A stretch of 63,894 nucleotides of DNA, filler included, from the NCBI GenBank assembly GCA_964501035.1. It is 3 parts of 3 records of this genome, joined end to end, with 100 filler letters (N's around TTAATTAATTAA, not from the genome) between each part and the next. Parts side by side here need not be neighbours in the genome. Positions count along the whole stretch, not along the records: positions 24,235 to 48,268 come from CAZCRK010000018.1; 2 more parts are not named here. The stretch is one strand, 5' to 3'. The notes below the pieces were generated by a model. It saw nothing but the letters and a program-made list of their open reading frames with translations. It was not told the DNA's origin and made no database searches. Shown piece by piece: positions 37,324 through 48,107 of the stretch (within the stretch, counting starts at the first letter, position 1; the number at the start of each line of letters is the position of its first letter). Both the position numbers and the translations under genes were made by a program.

Positions 37324-40300
37324 TATTTTACTAATACCATTTTTTGTGTTAACACTTTTTGATTAGAGTGTAATTTATAAAAATATATACCTGATGAAAC
37401 TGGATGACTATTCTTATCTTTTCCATTCCAAACAACTTCGTGATACCCTTCAGTACGATAGCCATTTATAAGAGTTGTAACTTCACGCCCCATAATATCA
37501 AATATTTTTAAAGATATAGTACTTGCTTGTGGAATTTCAAATTTTATTGTTGTTGATGGGTTAAAAGGATTAGGATAGTTTGGATATAGTTTAAATTCCT
37601 CAGGAGTTACATTCAATTCGTTTTTAAGAGGGTTGATAACCAATTGAACTTTACAAGATATAAATAAATTTGCAGAAATAGTTAAACTTTCAAAATCAAT
37701 TTCTGCATCTAGGGATTCGAAATTTCCATTAAAATAATATACAATATCTAAATTATTAATATTAATATCCGATGTAATTAATTTAGAAATATCAAAGGAT
37801 ATAAGAATATCATGATTGAATTCTTGTGTTTCATTACCCACCATAAAAGCTGAATGAAGCGGGGTTAACAGTGCTTGGTTTTGAATTTCTTCAACAACTG
37901 TTTCAGAAACAATAAGCAATTCCTCATTCTCAAGCGTGTTTGCTGGAACTTTTATTGAAAATGAGTCGAGATTACTAGAAAATTGCCTATCCAATGTATC
38001 ACTGCTCTCGATTGCTACGATTAGAACACTATCAGATTCAGCTTCATTTCCACCAATACTTTCAGCTGATCCAATAAATAAAAATTCAGAGATTGTTGTT
38101 GGTAAAAATGATTTTAAATCAAATGATTTTCGATAGGTAAACCCATTACCTGCATCGTAGTGTTGAGGAATGGTAAACGAATCTAAAACATTTTCACCAT
38201 CAGATATCTCAAGCAAAGGTCCCTCAATTCCAGACGCTCCATCTCCATATAAAACAATATCACCAAAAGCATAAACATCTAGATAATTTAATAGTTCTGA
38301 ATTTTGATCAATTTGCAAATTAAACATTGAAGGAGAAATAGTTTCATCATCAACAACATATGAACCACCCGCATCATCACCAGCGTCCATAAAAACTGCA
38401 AGGAGTGCAAAATATTGATATTGTTTTAGGTCTGTGCTATCGGTTACAACAGAGGAATCTGATCCAAAATCATTCCAATTTGTATATACAGCTTTATTAT
38501 TATTATCTAGACTCGCTCCATCAATGAAAACCGTTGAATCTTTGATTGATTTATTTCCTTGTTGAATAACAATTAACTCAACATCACTTGCATCGCTTGC
38601 ATTAAAAACTAGTGTTGAATCATTAAAATCTGGAGCTTTATTTTCCCAGCCTGAGGGTTTATCAACCCATTTTTCAGCTTGCATAAACTCAACTGACCAG
38701 TTTTTCACATTTCCAGTATATGGAGCATATCCAGAAGTAACTCCCCATGGAAATGTTGAAGGTGCAACTTCTACATCAATATTGGTAAAACCATAAACTC
38801 CAGAATTCCAAGCTATGTCAGGATTGTCAAGATGCAAGGCAATAGCCCATTCTTGAAACACATCAGAAAAATCTTTCTCATTGTTTGTAATAGATAGCAG
38901 AGCATTTTCTAATCCGTTAATTCCTTGCAATGTATCTTGAACCAGAGTTGATATTAATGTTGAAACATCTACATTTTCATCAAATGGGTTACCATTAAAA
39001 TAATGTTCGTGTAGGTATGCCATTAAAACAAATAACTGATTAAACTCTTTTTCATTTCCAAAATCACCAAATTGAAGACTGTTATCATTTTCGACGGTAA
39101 ATAAACTGTCATTAGGCATATTTTTATGTCCAGTTATATAAGCAGCAAAATGGTCTAACCCTGCTAAAACCCATTCTTCTTCATTTGCATCATAATTATA
39201 GTTGATTAATCTAGATAATCCATGAGCTAAACCCTCTTGTGCTTCACCAGGGTCTTGAGGATCACTATCTAAATAAAACATATCTAAATTGTTTCCATTT
39301 TCATCATCTACATCCTGATCTGCAGGATTAAAATACCCCTGCACCACTAAATCACTTGTAGAATTATATGCATTGTCATCCATATCAGCAATTAAAACAT
39401 TGATTTTTGAACTGCCATCAACATCTGCAGTATTACCATATAAAGATGTCAAATATTCATATAACCCAATTTCAGCATTCACATTGGTTGTGGAATCAAT
39501 AGCAGAAATTATACTATCTACATCTTCAGAGTTGGAGGAACGGTGTGTTAATCCAATATTCTTGCTCTGCCAAGTCTCACCACCATCAAATGATGCTAAA
39601 ACTCCGCCGGTTCTATAGGTAACTATTCTTGGATCGTCAAATTGATTGTTACCACACCCAACAAAAATAGTTGTGTCATTCAAGACAGTAATTGATGTTA
39701 TAATGTATGAAATCTCAATACCTGTATTAACTGTCGAAATTTTAGGAGTTATTTCAGTCCACTCATCCTGCCCAAAGACTAATTTTTGAAGTCCTTCAGA
39801 AGTTGCCGCAAACAATGTACTTTCATCAGCAGATAGAGCAATGTCATTTATTGTTGAAGTAAAAACTCCAAGAGAACCACTATAGGTTGACAAAATTTCA
39901 TTACCAGTAGAATAAAATACATTTCCAAGAGAATCTAATGCAATATCATAAACTGGATTTACTCCAACTGGGTATACTATTAAATTAGATATGTCATAGT
40001 TTGTATAGGTGGTTGTATCTGCATCATCAACATCTAATTCACCTTCAAAATAAACTACTTCATTTTTTAACTCAACTACTCCATTTTCATCTAAAATACT
40101 TTTCCAACGTGTTTGAGATACTGTATCTATAACATTTATAAATTGTCCAACCACTAAATCAGATTCATCAATTTCTATAGCTAAATGCCAAGAAATGGTA
40201 TCTAAAAATGTAAACTGTTCATAAACCCAAAGCGTATCACCAGTATCCCAATTCCAAGTAAAATTATCTGTTTTTGATGAATCTATAATTTCTTCAGTAA

Positions 40301-41147
40301 CATAAGTTAAATAACTGTTTTCAATATTTGATGTACCATTACCAGTTGGGAGTGCATCCTCGAAATCTTCACCAATACTACCAGTAAATAATCCAAATTC
40401 TGTGGCAACAACAACCATAGTATCATATGCAATGACATCATATGCAGGGATAGATGGCCAGTCGTTTGTTGTTGGATCTGGAAATGCTAGCCCCTTATTT
40501 TTAAAGCGTGAACCAGATTTAAAATATAAACCACCCATTGATGCGGCAAAAATATCATCAGATCCTGGATAAAAATATAATTTATTTACTGTTGGATTAT
40601 GACCATCAAACGTAGGCATTCCTGTATTTTTCTTTTTCCAAGTTTCACTAGCATTGGTCGTTCTGTATACTGTTTTAGTATCGTCTGTACCTTTTATGCC
40701 GACCCACCATTCATCTTCATCTAAAAATGTTATTGAATTCACTTCTTCTTTGTGCTGAATTGCTACTTCATCAATATTTTGTAAATTGTTTGCAGGTTGT
40801 TCTGGAAGTGCATTACTCCCAGTAGTTCCATGTTTTGCTTCCCAAGTTTGCCCAGAATTATATGATACAAAAACACCAGAATTAGTTGTTGCAACTAATA
40901 AACTATCGTTAAACGGTGCTACACTAATATCACGCACCAGTGCATCTTCAGTATAAACAAAAGCATTATCCCCTATCACATTTAATGTCGCACTAGATTG
41001 GTAATAACCCGAGAAAAAGCCTTGTCCATAAATCCAAAACATGTAGTTTTCACCAATTTGGGGATTAATTCCATCATCCTGTCCAAGTGAAAGTGTCATC
41101 ATGATTATACACATAAAATGTTTGATATGTTTAATTTTACTTGTCAA
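37323..41147 (-). CDS. Secreted protein with Asp-box propeller, degenerate M30/zincin-like region and T9SS C-terminal domain
   Basis: SYNSGQTW/SFDGGETW Asp-boxes; DVDG..KI, GYF...D, AHGLSRLI...DxxEExW; NYPNPFNP...SGIYFYKL...KMVLVK; start uncertain (TTG at 41147 overlaps the PorV stop). Confidence 0.78.
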   Translation of the reverse strand: MTSKIKHIKHFMCIIMMTLSLGQDDGINPQIGENYMFWIYGQGFFSGYYQSSATLNVIGDNAFVYTEDALVRDISVAPFNDSLLVATTNSGVFVSYNSGQTWEAKHGTTGSNALPEQPANNLQNIDEVAIQHKEEVNSITFLDEDEWWVGIKGTDDTKTVYRTTNASETWKKKNTGMPTFDGHNPTVNKLYFYPGSDDIFAASMGGLYFKSGSRFKNKGLAFPDPTTNDWPSIPAYDVIAYDTMVVVATEFGLFTGSIGEDFEDALPTGNGTSNIENSYLTYVTEEIIDSSKTDNFTWNWDTGDTLWVYEQFTFLDTISWHLAIEIDESDLVVGQFINVIDTVSQTRWKSILDENGVVELKNEVVYFEGELDVDDADTTTYTNYDISNLIVYPVGVNPVYDIALDSLGNVFYSTGNEILSTYSGSLGVFTSTINDIALSADESTLFAATSEGLQKLVFGQDEWTEITPKISTVNTGIEISYIITSITVLNDTTIFVGCGNNQFDDPRIVTYRTGGVLASFDGGETWQSKNIGLTHRSSNSEDVDSIISAIDSTTNVNAEIGLYEYLTSLYGNTADVDGSSKINVLIADMDDNAYNSTSDLVVQGYFNPADQDVDDENGNNLDMFYLDSDPQDPGEAQEGLAHGLSRLINYNYDANEEEWVLAGLDHFAAYITGHKNMPNDSLFTVENDNSLQFGDFGNEKEFNQLFVLMAYLHEHYFNGNPFDENVDVSTLISTLVQDTLQGINGLENALLSITNNEKDFSDVFQEWAIALHLDNPDIAWNSGVYGFTNIDVEVAPSTFPWGVTSGYAPYTGNVKNWSVEFMQAEKWVDKPSGWENKAPDFNDSTLVFNASDASDVELIVIQQGNKSIKDSTVFIDGASLDNNNKAVYTNWNDFGSDSSVVTDSTDLKQYQYFALLAVFMDAGDDAGGSYVVDDETISPSMFNLQIDQNSELLNYLDVYAFGDIVLYGDGASGIEGPLLEISDGENVLDSFTIPQHYDAGNGFTYRKSFDLKSFLPTTISEFLFIGSAESIGGNEAESDSVLIVAIESSDTLDRQFSSNLDSFSIKVPANTLENEELLIVSETVVEEIQNQALLTPLHSAFMVGNETQEFNHDILISFDISKLITSDININNLDIVYYFNGNFESLDAEIDFESLTISANLFISCKVQLVINPLKNELNVTPEEFKLYPNYPNPFNPSTTIKFEIPQASTISLKIFDIMGREVTTLINGYRTEGYHEVVWNGKDKNSHPVSSGIYFYKLHSNQKVLTQKMVLVK

Positions 41148-42193
41148 AAAAGAACTCCAAATGATGCAATCCAAACCGGATCAAAAAGTGCAAATTGAGA
41201 AATAGCAAAATCAACATTGATTCTACCTAAGCTAGCAATAGGAAATTCCTTTAAACCAACTCCTAAAGATCCTGATCGAGTATCATGGTTAAAAACATAA
41301 CCTGCTCTGCCAACAAAAAATTTCATTAATGTATATTCAGCACCTACATTAATTCTTTCAATATTATCTGCAGGATGTTCACCTACTATTGAAACTAAAA
41401 GGTTAGATGTATTAGTTTTAAAGGGATTTGCGGAAATTCCAAATCTAAATGTTAAAGGTAAGCCATACGGTCTAAAAGAATTTTGAATTGGCTCTTCATT
41501 ACTGCTATCTACTACTTCTTCACCTTCATCATAATCAATATATGTTCCATCTAATTGCATTTCAGGTCCAAAATTTCTAATTGACATACCAATTGTAATA
41601 GTTTTGTACCCGGTATGAAATAACGTTCCTACATCAACAGCCCAAGTAGACCCTGTACCATATCCTTCTTCTATATTAGGTAACCCTTGAACTAAATTTT
41701 CATTAACTAATTTTGCATGTATTCCAAATCTGAATTTATCTGTTAATTTAATAGCATATGCTAAACCAATTGATATATCATTTACACTAAAATACTCACC
41801 TGTTCCATTCTGAAATTCAATAGTAGTTTCTTTCATTTTATCAGTAGTTAAACCAACAAAACTAATTGCAAAATAACCTGGAATATATGATTTTATTGGC
41901 ATAGAATAGGATGTTGCCATATGATTAATTCCGGCAAGCCAAGACGTTTTTGAAGTAAACAAATTCTTTTTATCACTATTTGTTAATCCTGCTGGATTCC
42001 AAAATACAGCTGAAGCATCATTAATAACCGGATCAACAGAACTCCCCATAGCAAACCCTCTAGCACCAACATCAATTTTAAGAAATTGTGCACCAGAAAA
42101 ACCGACTTTTGCGACATTTGAACTCCCAGATTCTGACGCAATAACAAGACAACAATATGTACCAAACAATAATATGAATTTTTTATAACTCAC
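41144..42193 (-). CDS. PorV/PorQ-family outer-membrane beta-barrel
   Basis: AQFLKIDVGARGFAMG, FWNPAGL, A.DVG..F, C-terminal Phe. Confidence 0.88.
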   Translation of the reverse strand: MSYKKFILLFGTYCCLVIASESGSSNVAKVGFSGAQFLKIDVGARGFAMGSSVDPVINDASAVFWNPAGLTNSDKKNLFTSKTSWLAGINHMATSYSMPIKSYIPGYFAISFVGLTTDKMKETTIEFQNGTGEYFSVNDISIGLAYAIKLTDKFRFGIHAKLVNENLVQGLPNIEEGYGTGSTWAVDVGTLFHTGYKTITIGMSIRNFGPEMQLDGTYIDYDEGEEVVDSSNEEPIQNSFRPYGLPLTFRFGISANPFKTNTSNLLVSIVGEHPADNIERINVGAEYTLMKFFVGRAGYVFNHDTRSGSLGVGLKEFPIASLGRINVDFAISQFALFDPVWIASFGVLF

Positions 42194-44571
42194 TATTGTT
42201 CACCTCGAAGAATTACAAACTTACCAATTTGTTTTTGAGGGTAGGTTGGCAGGTTACATTCAACAACATATAAGTAAAGCCCGCTATCTACATTTAACTC
42301 AGATCTTGATGCTAAATCCCAAGAATGATCTGCTGAACCATCGTCATGGCTTATTTCTTTAATTAAATCACCAGTTAAATTGAAAATTGAAATTTTACAA
42401 GCTGGAGGTAAATAGGTGAAATTGATTTTATTTTCATATCTTGCTTCTAACTGTGAAGACCCTCTGTATGGGTTCGGATACACTGAAACCTCTTGACCAC
42501 TCCATTCTTCATGTGTTTCATAAAATTTTCTAGGATAAACTGGTTTTGGTGCGCCGGTAGCATCATCTATTAAATAATTAGAGCGAGCAGATTCAATTTG
42601 TGGAAATTCTGGCCTATCATGTGCAGCTGGATTATCATAAGCAGTTACAATATAAAAATAAGGTAAATTGTTTATAGGTCTAGAAATATTGGAAATCATT
42701 TCAACTTCATTGCCTGCTTCATTTATTGCTATAAAAGAAGTTAAGGTATCAAAATAATTATGACCCATAATACCAGAAAAATCTGGTAATCCAGAAAAAT
42801 AGTCCATTCTTGAAGGTAAATTAAATTTTTGTTTGTCGTAAAGTGTATCTCCGTTAGAAAAATCAATAACATATACTGGTTCATCAACATTATCAAAAGT
42901 TGCAATCATTTCCCATTCTCCGGGACTAAATGTTGATCTATAAATCCTATAACCTTCAAAATCTGCAGCACCTACAAGTGGGTCAACTTCTGTTTCAGCA
43001 GAACTATCCCAAGATAACATTACTCCTTCATTTAATGGACTATAATTCAATATAGGAACTGGTGGAGGTACCGGTAATGAATAATGGGAATCTTCTGTTG
43101 GACCAAGAGGATCGTATGGATTACTATTACTACCAGCAAAGTATGCATCAAAAGCATAATCAGCATTTTGCCTTAAGCCTTTCATGCCTTCACCAACTAT
43201 GGATGCATAAACTAAATGAATTGTATCATTTAAAGCAAAATTATCAAAAGGACCAGAAGTTAACATAAATCTATAGTCAAAAGTAGGAGCTCCCACATTA
43301 AAAGGATGTGGCATAAACTTATTACCTCTACTTTCAACATGCTCTCCCGTAGCATAATCAAATTTGTCTCTATCTGTTGCTGGATCCGATTCCCAATTCC
43401 ACCATTGATGGCTATATACTCTCATCAACGTGTCATCAATAGTTTCATTATAAGCACCATTGAGTTTCCACATATCAGTATATAATAACCTTCCTCCAAT
43501 AAAACCAGGTACATTTCCATTTTCGTTTGTGTCATCTTCAGGTGTTGTAGGATCATCGGCGTCATACATATAAGACATATTTCGAGGTACAACATATCCT
43601 CTTAACGTATCCCCATTAACAACAGCAATTTCACCGGCTACCGCTGTGTAATCAACATTTGTTGCATCTGTTTGCCAACGAAGCAACGGTGCACTACTTG
43701 CATCATCTGGAAGATAAACGGTATATTCGTCATAAAACCCATCAGAATAAGATAACGACGATTCATAGTTTGGTTGGTCTGATCCCGGACTCCCTACTTT
43801 TCTCCAACCATACGGTATCCCCAATCCATCGTAACCTTCTATTTCACCATCTCCATCTAAATCAATATTTTCTACAACATCTTCCATATATGTTATTTTA
43901 TCGGGTGGGTTATTACCATCCCATCCATCAAAATCGACAGCATCATCAATATGAGGATTTGAAGCATCCATTCCTGTGCCAACATCACAGTCGTAAACCC
44001 AACTTACATAAAGATCATTTAACTCATTTCCACTGTAATTTTCACCACCTATTTCTTTTATAACTTCAAGTTCATAAATAATAAAATCATCATAATCAAC
44101 AGTACTCCAAGTTAAACCACGTTGATTGATTTTAAGACCTAAAGATTTTGTTGTATGAGGCCCTTCAAAATCATCGAATGTACAATAACTATCTTCAACA
44201 GACTTTGCATCACTTGCAGGTAGGTCAAAAGAAGAACCATCAGATGGATGAAATTCATAATTTCCAAAATCTGCATGACTACATCGTTTCTCTCCATCTA
44301 CAAGTGCAGATATCCACAACCTGCCTTCCCAAAGATGATGAGTACCACTTCCTCCTGGCCATTCCATAGAAGGCAATCCATTTGGTACATTTGGATCTCC
44401 GTAATTACCAAAATTACTCGTGGCTGACCAAACTGTACCCACATTGTGAACTTGATATTCATCTATTTCAGAACGCATCAGAGATGGAGAATCTAAATTT
44501 TTAGTGAAAATCAAAGAACCAAACAGAAACATACAGAATAATAGTTTAATATAGAGTTTGTTAAAAATCAA
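42193..44571 (-). CDS. Secreted protein with FN3-like region and T9SS-like C-terminal domain (TonB receptor partner)
   Basis: Signal peptide; NFGNYG..EWPGGSG, DFEGYRIYRS, VTAYD, VYPNPY...IFNLTGDL...WDL...SGLYLY...KFVILR. Confidence 0.8.
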   Translation of the reverse strand: MIFNKLYIKLLFCMFLFGSLIFTKNLDSPSLMRSEIDEYQVHNVGTVWSATSNFGNYGDPNVPNGLPSMEWPGGSGTHHLWEGRLWISALVDGEKRCSHADFGNYEFHPSDGSSFDLPASDAKSVEDSYCTFDDFEGPHTTKSLGLKINQRGLTWSTVDYDDFIIYELEVIKEIGGENYSGNELNDLYVSWVYDCDVGTGMDASNPHIDDAVDFDGWDGNNPPDKITYMEDVVENIDLDGDGEIEGYDGLGIPYGWRKVGSPGSDQPNYESSLSYSDGFYDEYTVYLPDDASSAPLLRWQTDATNVDYTAVAGEIAVVNGDTLRGYVVPRNMSYMYDADDPTTPEDDTNENGNVPGFIGGRLLYTDMWKLNGAYNETIDDTLMRVYSHQWWNWESDPATDRDKFDYATGEHVESRGNKFMPHPFNVGAPTFDYRFMLTSGPFDNFALNDTIHLVYASIVGEGMKGLRQNADYAFDAYFAGSNSNPYDPLGPTEDSHYSLPVPPPVPILNYSPLNEGVMLSWDSSAETEVDPLVGAADFEGYRIYRSTFSPGEWEMIATFDNVDEPVYVIDFSNGDTLYDKQKFNLPSRMDYFSGLPDFSGIMGHNYFDTLTSFIAINEAGNEVEMISNISRPINNLPYFYIVTAYDNPAAHDRPEFPQIESARSNYLIDDATGAPKPVYPRKFYETHEEWSGQEVSVYPNPYRGSSQLEARYENKINFTYLPPACKISIFNLTGDLIKEISHDDGSADHSWDLASRSELNVDSGLYLYVVECNLPTYPQKQIGKFVILRGEQ

Positions 44572-47500
44572 AATTTAAATGAAACTCCTATTTTAATTCT
44601 TCTACCCTCGGAATAATATCTTGGATCGCTATAGGTTCCTGATGCAGGATACTGTTTATTTTCATCAATATCTCCATCGCCATTTGTATCCATAATCATC
44701 ATATATTCTTGGCTAAATGTTTCGTCAATATAGCCATCACCATCATCATCAATTCCATTATTATCATCTTCAGATGGATAAACAGCAGTGTTACCAGCTT
44801 CATATTGAGATTGGTATTCAGCAAATTGATCATACCAACTTTCATCAGCAATTCCTTGAACATTTTTGGTATCAAACAAATTATCAACCCAGATAAAGAA
44901 AGAAACGGAAGTATTCTCACCAAACCCTTTAAGGGGAATTGTTTTATCAGCATATAGATTAACTGTAAAAGTTGAAGGCAACCTTTTAGTATTCACTTCA
45001 GGGTCAGCTGATTTTGGTGGTGGTGAATAAGGTAATCCACTCCCATATTGCATTGTAGTATTTACATTTGTCCAAATGTAAGGTACCAATAAATTTATAC
45101 TTGCATTTATAGTATGTCTTTGATCCCAATCTAGATAACTCTCTTCCCTTGGTATAACTTGACTTGCCCATGTATAACTATAATTTTGTGTAGCCGAGGA
45201 GCTTTTTCCTTTTGCAATGGAATAAGTATAGTTCACATTACCTCCAAACAATTTATTAAATCGTTTAAACAAATCTATTTCAAACCCTTTAACGTTGCCG
45301 TAGTCTCCATTTATATGTCTAGTATAATATTGATTTGCTTTAATCCAAATTTGTTTGGTATCAACTAACCCATTTATGTCTTTATAAAACCCCTTAACTT
45401 CTAATCTCCAATTATTCCCCATTTGATGTCGTACGCCAAGTTCATAACTTGTTGTCATTTCGGGCAGAATATCTGGGTTTCCAACTATTGGAAATGCACC
45501 AGAAAAATCCCAGTTAATATTTCTATACATATATTGAAATTGGGGTACTTGAAATGTTTTTCCATAGTTGAAATATAATGCATCTTTATGAGTTATTGGA
45601 TATGCAATACCAATTCTCGGACTCCAATAGTATTTTGCTCCAACAGATGTTGGATTTTTTACTTCACCCCCTGTGGTTTGATCTACAACAGGATCTTCAA
45701 TATCCGTTGGAAAGTTGTTGAATTTAGGATCAAAATAATCCAAACGTAAACCACTAACCACTACAAGTGATTCAAACTCCATTTTATCCTCAACAAATAA
45801 TCCCCACCAAACAGGATCTAATTTTTGTTGAGCTGTGTTCCATGTATCATCATTATAAATATCAATCCATGGTTCGGCTAATTCTCCTTCATCTACCTTG
45901 CCGTTATTTTCTGACGCATCTGGTGGAAGATCAATAAAATCATCGTCATAATCACCATCATTATTTCCATCAACCGCCCATAATCCATCTTCACCATAAT
46001 CCCAATGATCCCAAACTCCATTGGAAGAACCAAAATCTATAACACCATCTCCGTCAGTATCAAAACCAACATCCTCAAATTCTTCACTGGTATGCCCCCA
46101 ATTATTATTTGAACCTATATTTTGTCCATATAAATTTCCTCCTGATGGAATATCAACATCGTGGTCGAAAATATCATAATTATTTATTTCAAAACCAACT
46201 TTAATTAAGTGATGATTTGTAACTTGACTGGTTAAAATTGATTTTATATTTGTTGTTGTTTTTTCATCTTCATTCCAACGCAATCTATAAAATGTTGCAC
46301 CACTTCCATATGAATAAAATTTGTCAATATCTTGATCATTTGTTACAGGAATATCTCCCCAAGATTTCCACATTGTTGGATCATTTGGATATGCATTTTC
46401 AGTAATATCAATAAAGTCATTGTTATTCCAGTCTGTAAGTAAATCATCTTTATATTTAGTAATTAACTCTTGACTTATATTATTCTCATCTAGCCAAGAT
46501 GCATAAGCAGGAATATCAGCACTCTCTTCAGTATTATAATGGTAATATGTTTTAAATTGGCTTAGAAAAACTTGTAAAAATGTATTCTTAGCAAATTGAT
46601 GATTTAGACTCAAACTTATATGGGTATTTTTTTCTTCATTACGAAGTAAGTGGTCTAACATATTGAATGAATCATTAAATCCAATTGCATCTGATTGGCT
46701 TGTTAAACTAAATCCAGAAGGAATGATATTATAACCGTCAGCGTTAACTGTGTCAGTTGTATTTGGTACTGGTTCGTCGATATTCCATTGAAAAACACCA
46801 TCATTATTAATATCAATAAAACTCGAATCTTGCGAAGTACTATTATTATTTAAATCAACAATATCCCATACTCCATTTGCATTCAAATCTTCATTGATAA
46901 AATCACCATCTCCTTGAAGAACATTTCCAGATCCATCCATATCAACTTCAATGAGAACAAAACGTTTTGGTAAGTCATTTAAGTTTCCACTAAAATTATA
47001 AATATCAAGAACATTTTCCATATTTAACCCATATAATGCTTCGCCTTCATTATAGTAGTTTGGATCAATTATATTTTTAGATTCTACAGTTATAGTTCTA
47101 TCTAATCGTCCATCTAAATCAGAATCTTCATTTTCATATGTTGTTCGGCTATATCGATGAGAATAACTATTATAAGTTCTATTATGATGATTAATTGATA
47201 ATTGTATTTTTGTCTTAGAAAATGGTCTCCATGTGAAACTACCCATGATTGTTTTAGAATTATTAAAAGCTACTCCATACCTACCCATATCTTCTGAAAA
47301 TTCTCCACTGATAAACCATCGTACTGGAAAATCAAACAAAGGCCCTCCTAAAGACCCTTCAAAAGATCTATTTTGTTGTTCACCTGGAAACATGTTTATA
47401 AACGCGTTATCACTAGTTTTTGCTCTAAAACTTCCAGCAAGTGTTGGCCCACCCTCTTTCATAACCATATTTACAACACCGGATAATGCATTGCTGTATT

Positions 47501-48107
47501 CAACAGAAAAGCCTGAAGTTATAATATCTGTTTCGGCTATTGCTGCTTCAGGTACATCAGTATCAAAACTATTGTACATGGGGTCAACAGCCGGGACACC
47601 ATTAATTAGATATAATATTTCACCATCTCTGCCACCTCTAGCATGACCATCTACAAAGCCAGCGGTTAAATTCAACATGTCATTAACATCTTCCACAGGC
47701 ATTTTTTCAATCATTTCAGATGTAATTGTATTTCTACTTGATACTAAATCAGTTTCAACTAATGGCTTTTCTGCAGTTACAACTATTTCTTCACCTTCTA
47801 ACACTTTTTGTTTCAAATTAAAATTTAACTGGGTTGTTAAGTCGGCTGATATAGTTACATTTTTATAAATAGACGTGGTATACCCAATTGCAGTTGCTTT
47901 AACATTATACTTTCCAGGAGGGATAAACAAAATAAAGTATTCACCTTCTAGGTTAGTTGCAGCACCTAAAGGAGTACCTTCCACTAAAACATTTACTCCA
48001 AGTAATATTTCTTTACTTTCAGAATCCGTAATAATACCAGATAATTTTCCAGTATTTCCTGAAAAAGCAAAAGAAAAAATAAATATTATTAAAATTTTAT
48101 TAAACAT
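44568..48107 (-). CDS. TonB-dependent receptor with carboxypeptidase-regulatory-like N-domain and many DxDxDG inserts
   Basis: MFNKILII signal; GKLSGII...GAATN..G.Y; plug RGGR..E..Y..NG, SGFSVEYSNALSGVVN; SPRIG, YELG, WDQRHT; C-terminal FKF. Confidence 0.92.
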   Translation of the reverse strand: MFNKILIIFIFSFAFSGNTGKLSGIITDSESKEILLGVNVLVEGTPLGAATNLEGEYFILFIPPGKYNVKATAIGYTTSIYKNVTISADLTTQLNFNLKQKVLEGEEIVVTAEKPLVETDLVSSRNTITSEMIEKMPVEDVNDMLNLTAGFVDGHARGGRDGEILYLINGVPAVDPMYNSFDTDVPEAAIAETDIITSGFSVEYSNALSGVVNMVMKEGGPTLAGSFRAKTSDNAFINMFPGEQQNRSFEGSLGGPLFDFPVRWFISGEFSEDMGRYGVAFNNSKTIMGSFTWRPFSKTKIQLSINHHNRTYNSYSHRYSRTTYENEDSDLDGRLDRTITVESKNIIDPNYYNEGEALYGLNMENVLDIYNFSGNLNDLPKRFVLIEVDMDGSGNVLQGDGDFINEDLNANGVWDIVDLNNNSTSQDSSFIDINNDGVFQWNIDEPVPNTTDTVNADGYNIIPSGFSLTSQSDAIGFNDSFNMLDHLLRNEEKNTHISLSLNHQFAKNTFLQVFLSQFKTYYHYNTEESADIPAYASWLDENNISQELITKYKDDLLTDWNNNDFIDITENAYPNDPTMWKSWGDIPVTNDQDIDKFYSYGSGATFYRLRWNEDEKTTTNIKSILTSQVTNHHLIKVGFEINNYDIFDHDVDIPSGGNLYGQNIGSNNNWGHTSEEFEDVGFDTDGDGVIDFGSSNGVWDHWDYGEDGLWAVDGNNDGDYDDDFIDLPPDASENNGKVDEGELAEPWIDIYNDDTWNTAQQKLDPVWWGLFVEDKMEFESLVVVSGLRLDYFDPKFNNFPTDIEDPVVDQTTGGEVKNPTSVGAKYYWSPRIGIAYPITHKDALYFNYGKTFQVPQFQYMYRNINWDFSGAFPIVGNPDILPEMTTSYELGVRHQMGNNWRLEVKGFYKDINGLVDTKQIWIKANQYYTRHINGDYGNVKGFEIDLFKRFNKLFGGNVNYTYSIAKGKSSSATQNYSYTWASQVIPREESYLDWDQRHTINASINLLVPYIWTNVNTTMQYGSGLPYSPPPKSADPEVNTKRLPSTFTVNLYADKTIPLKGFGENTSVSFFIWVDNLFDTKNVQGIADESWYDQFAEYQSQYEAGNTAVYPSEDDNNGIDDDGDGYIDETFSQEYMMIMDTNGDGDIDENKQYPASGTYSDPRYYSEGRRIKIGVSFKF

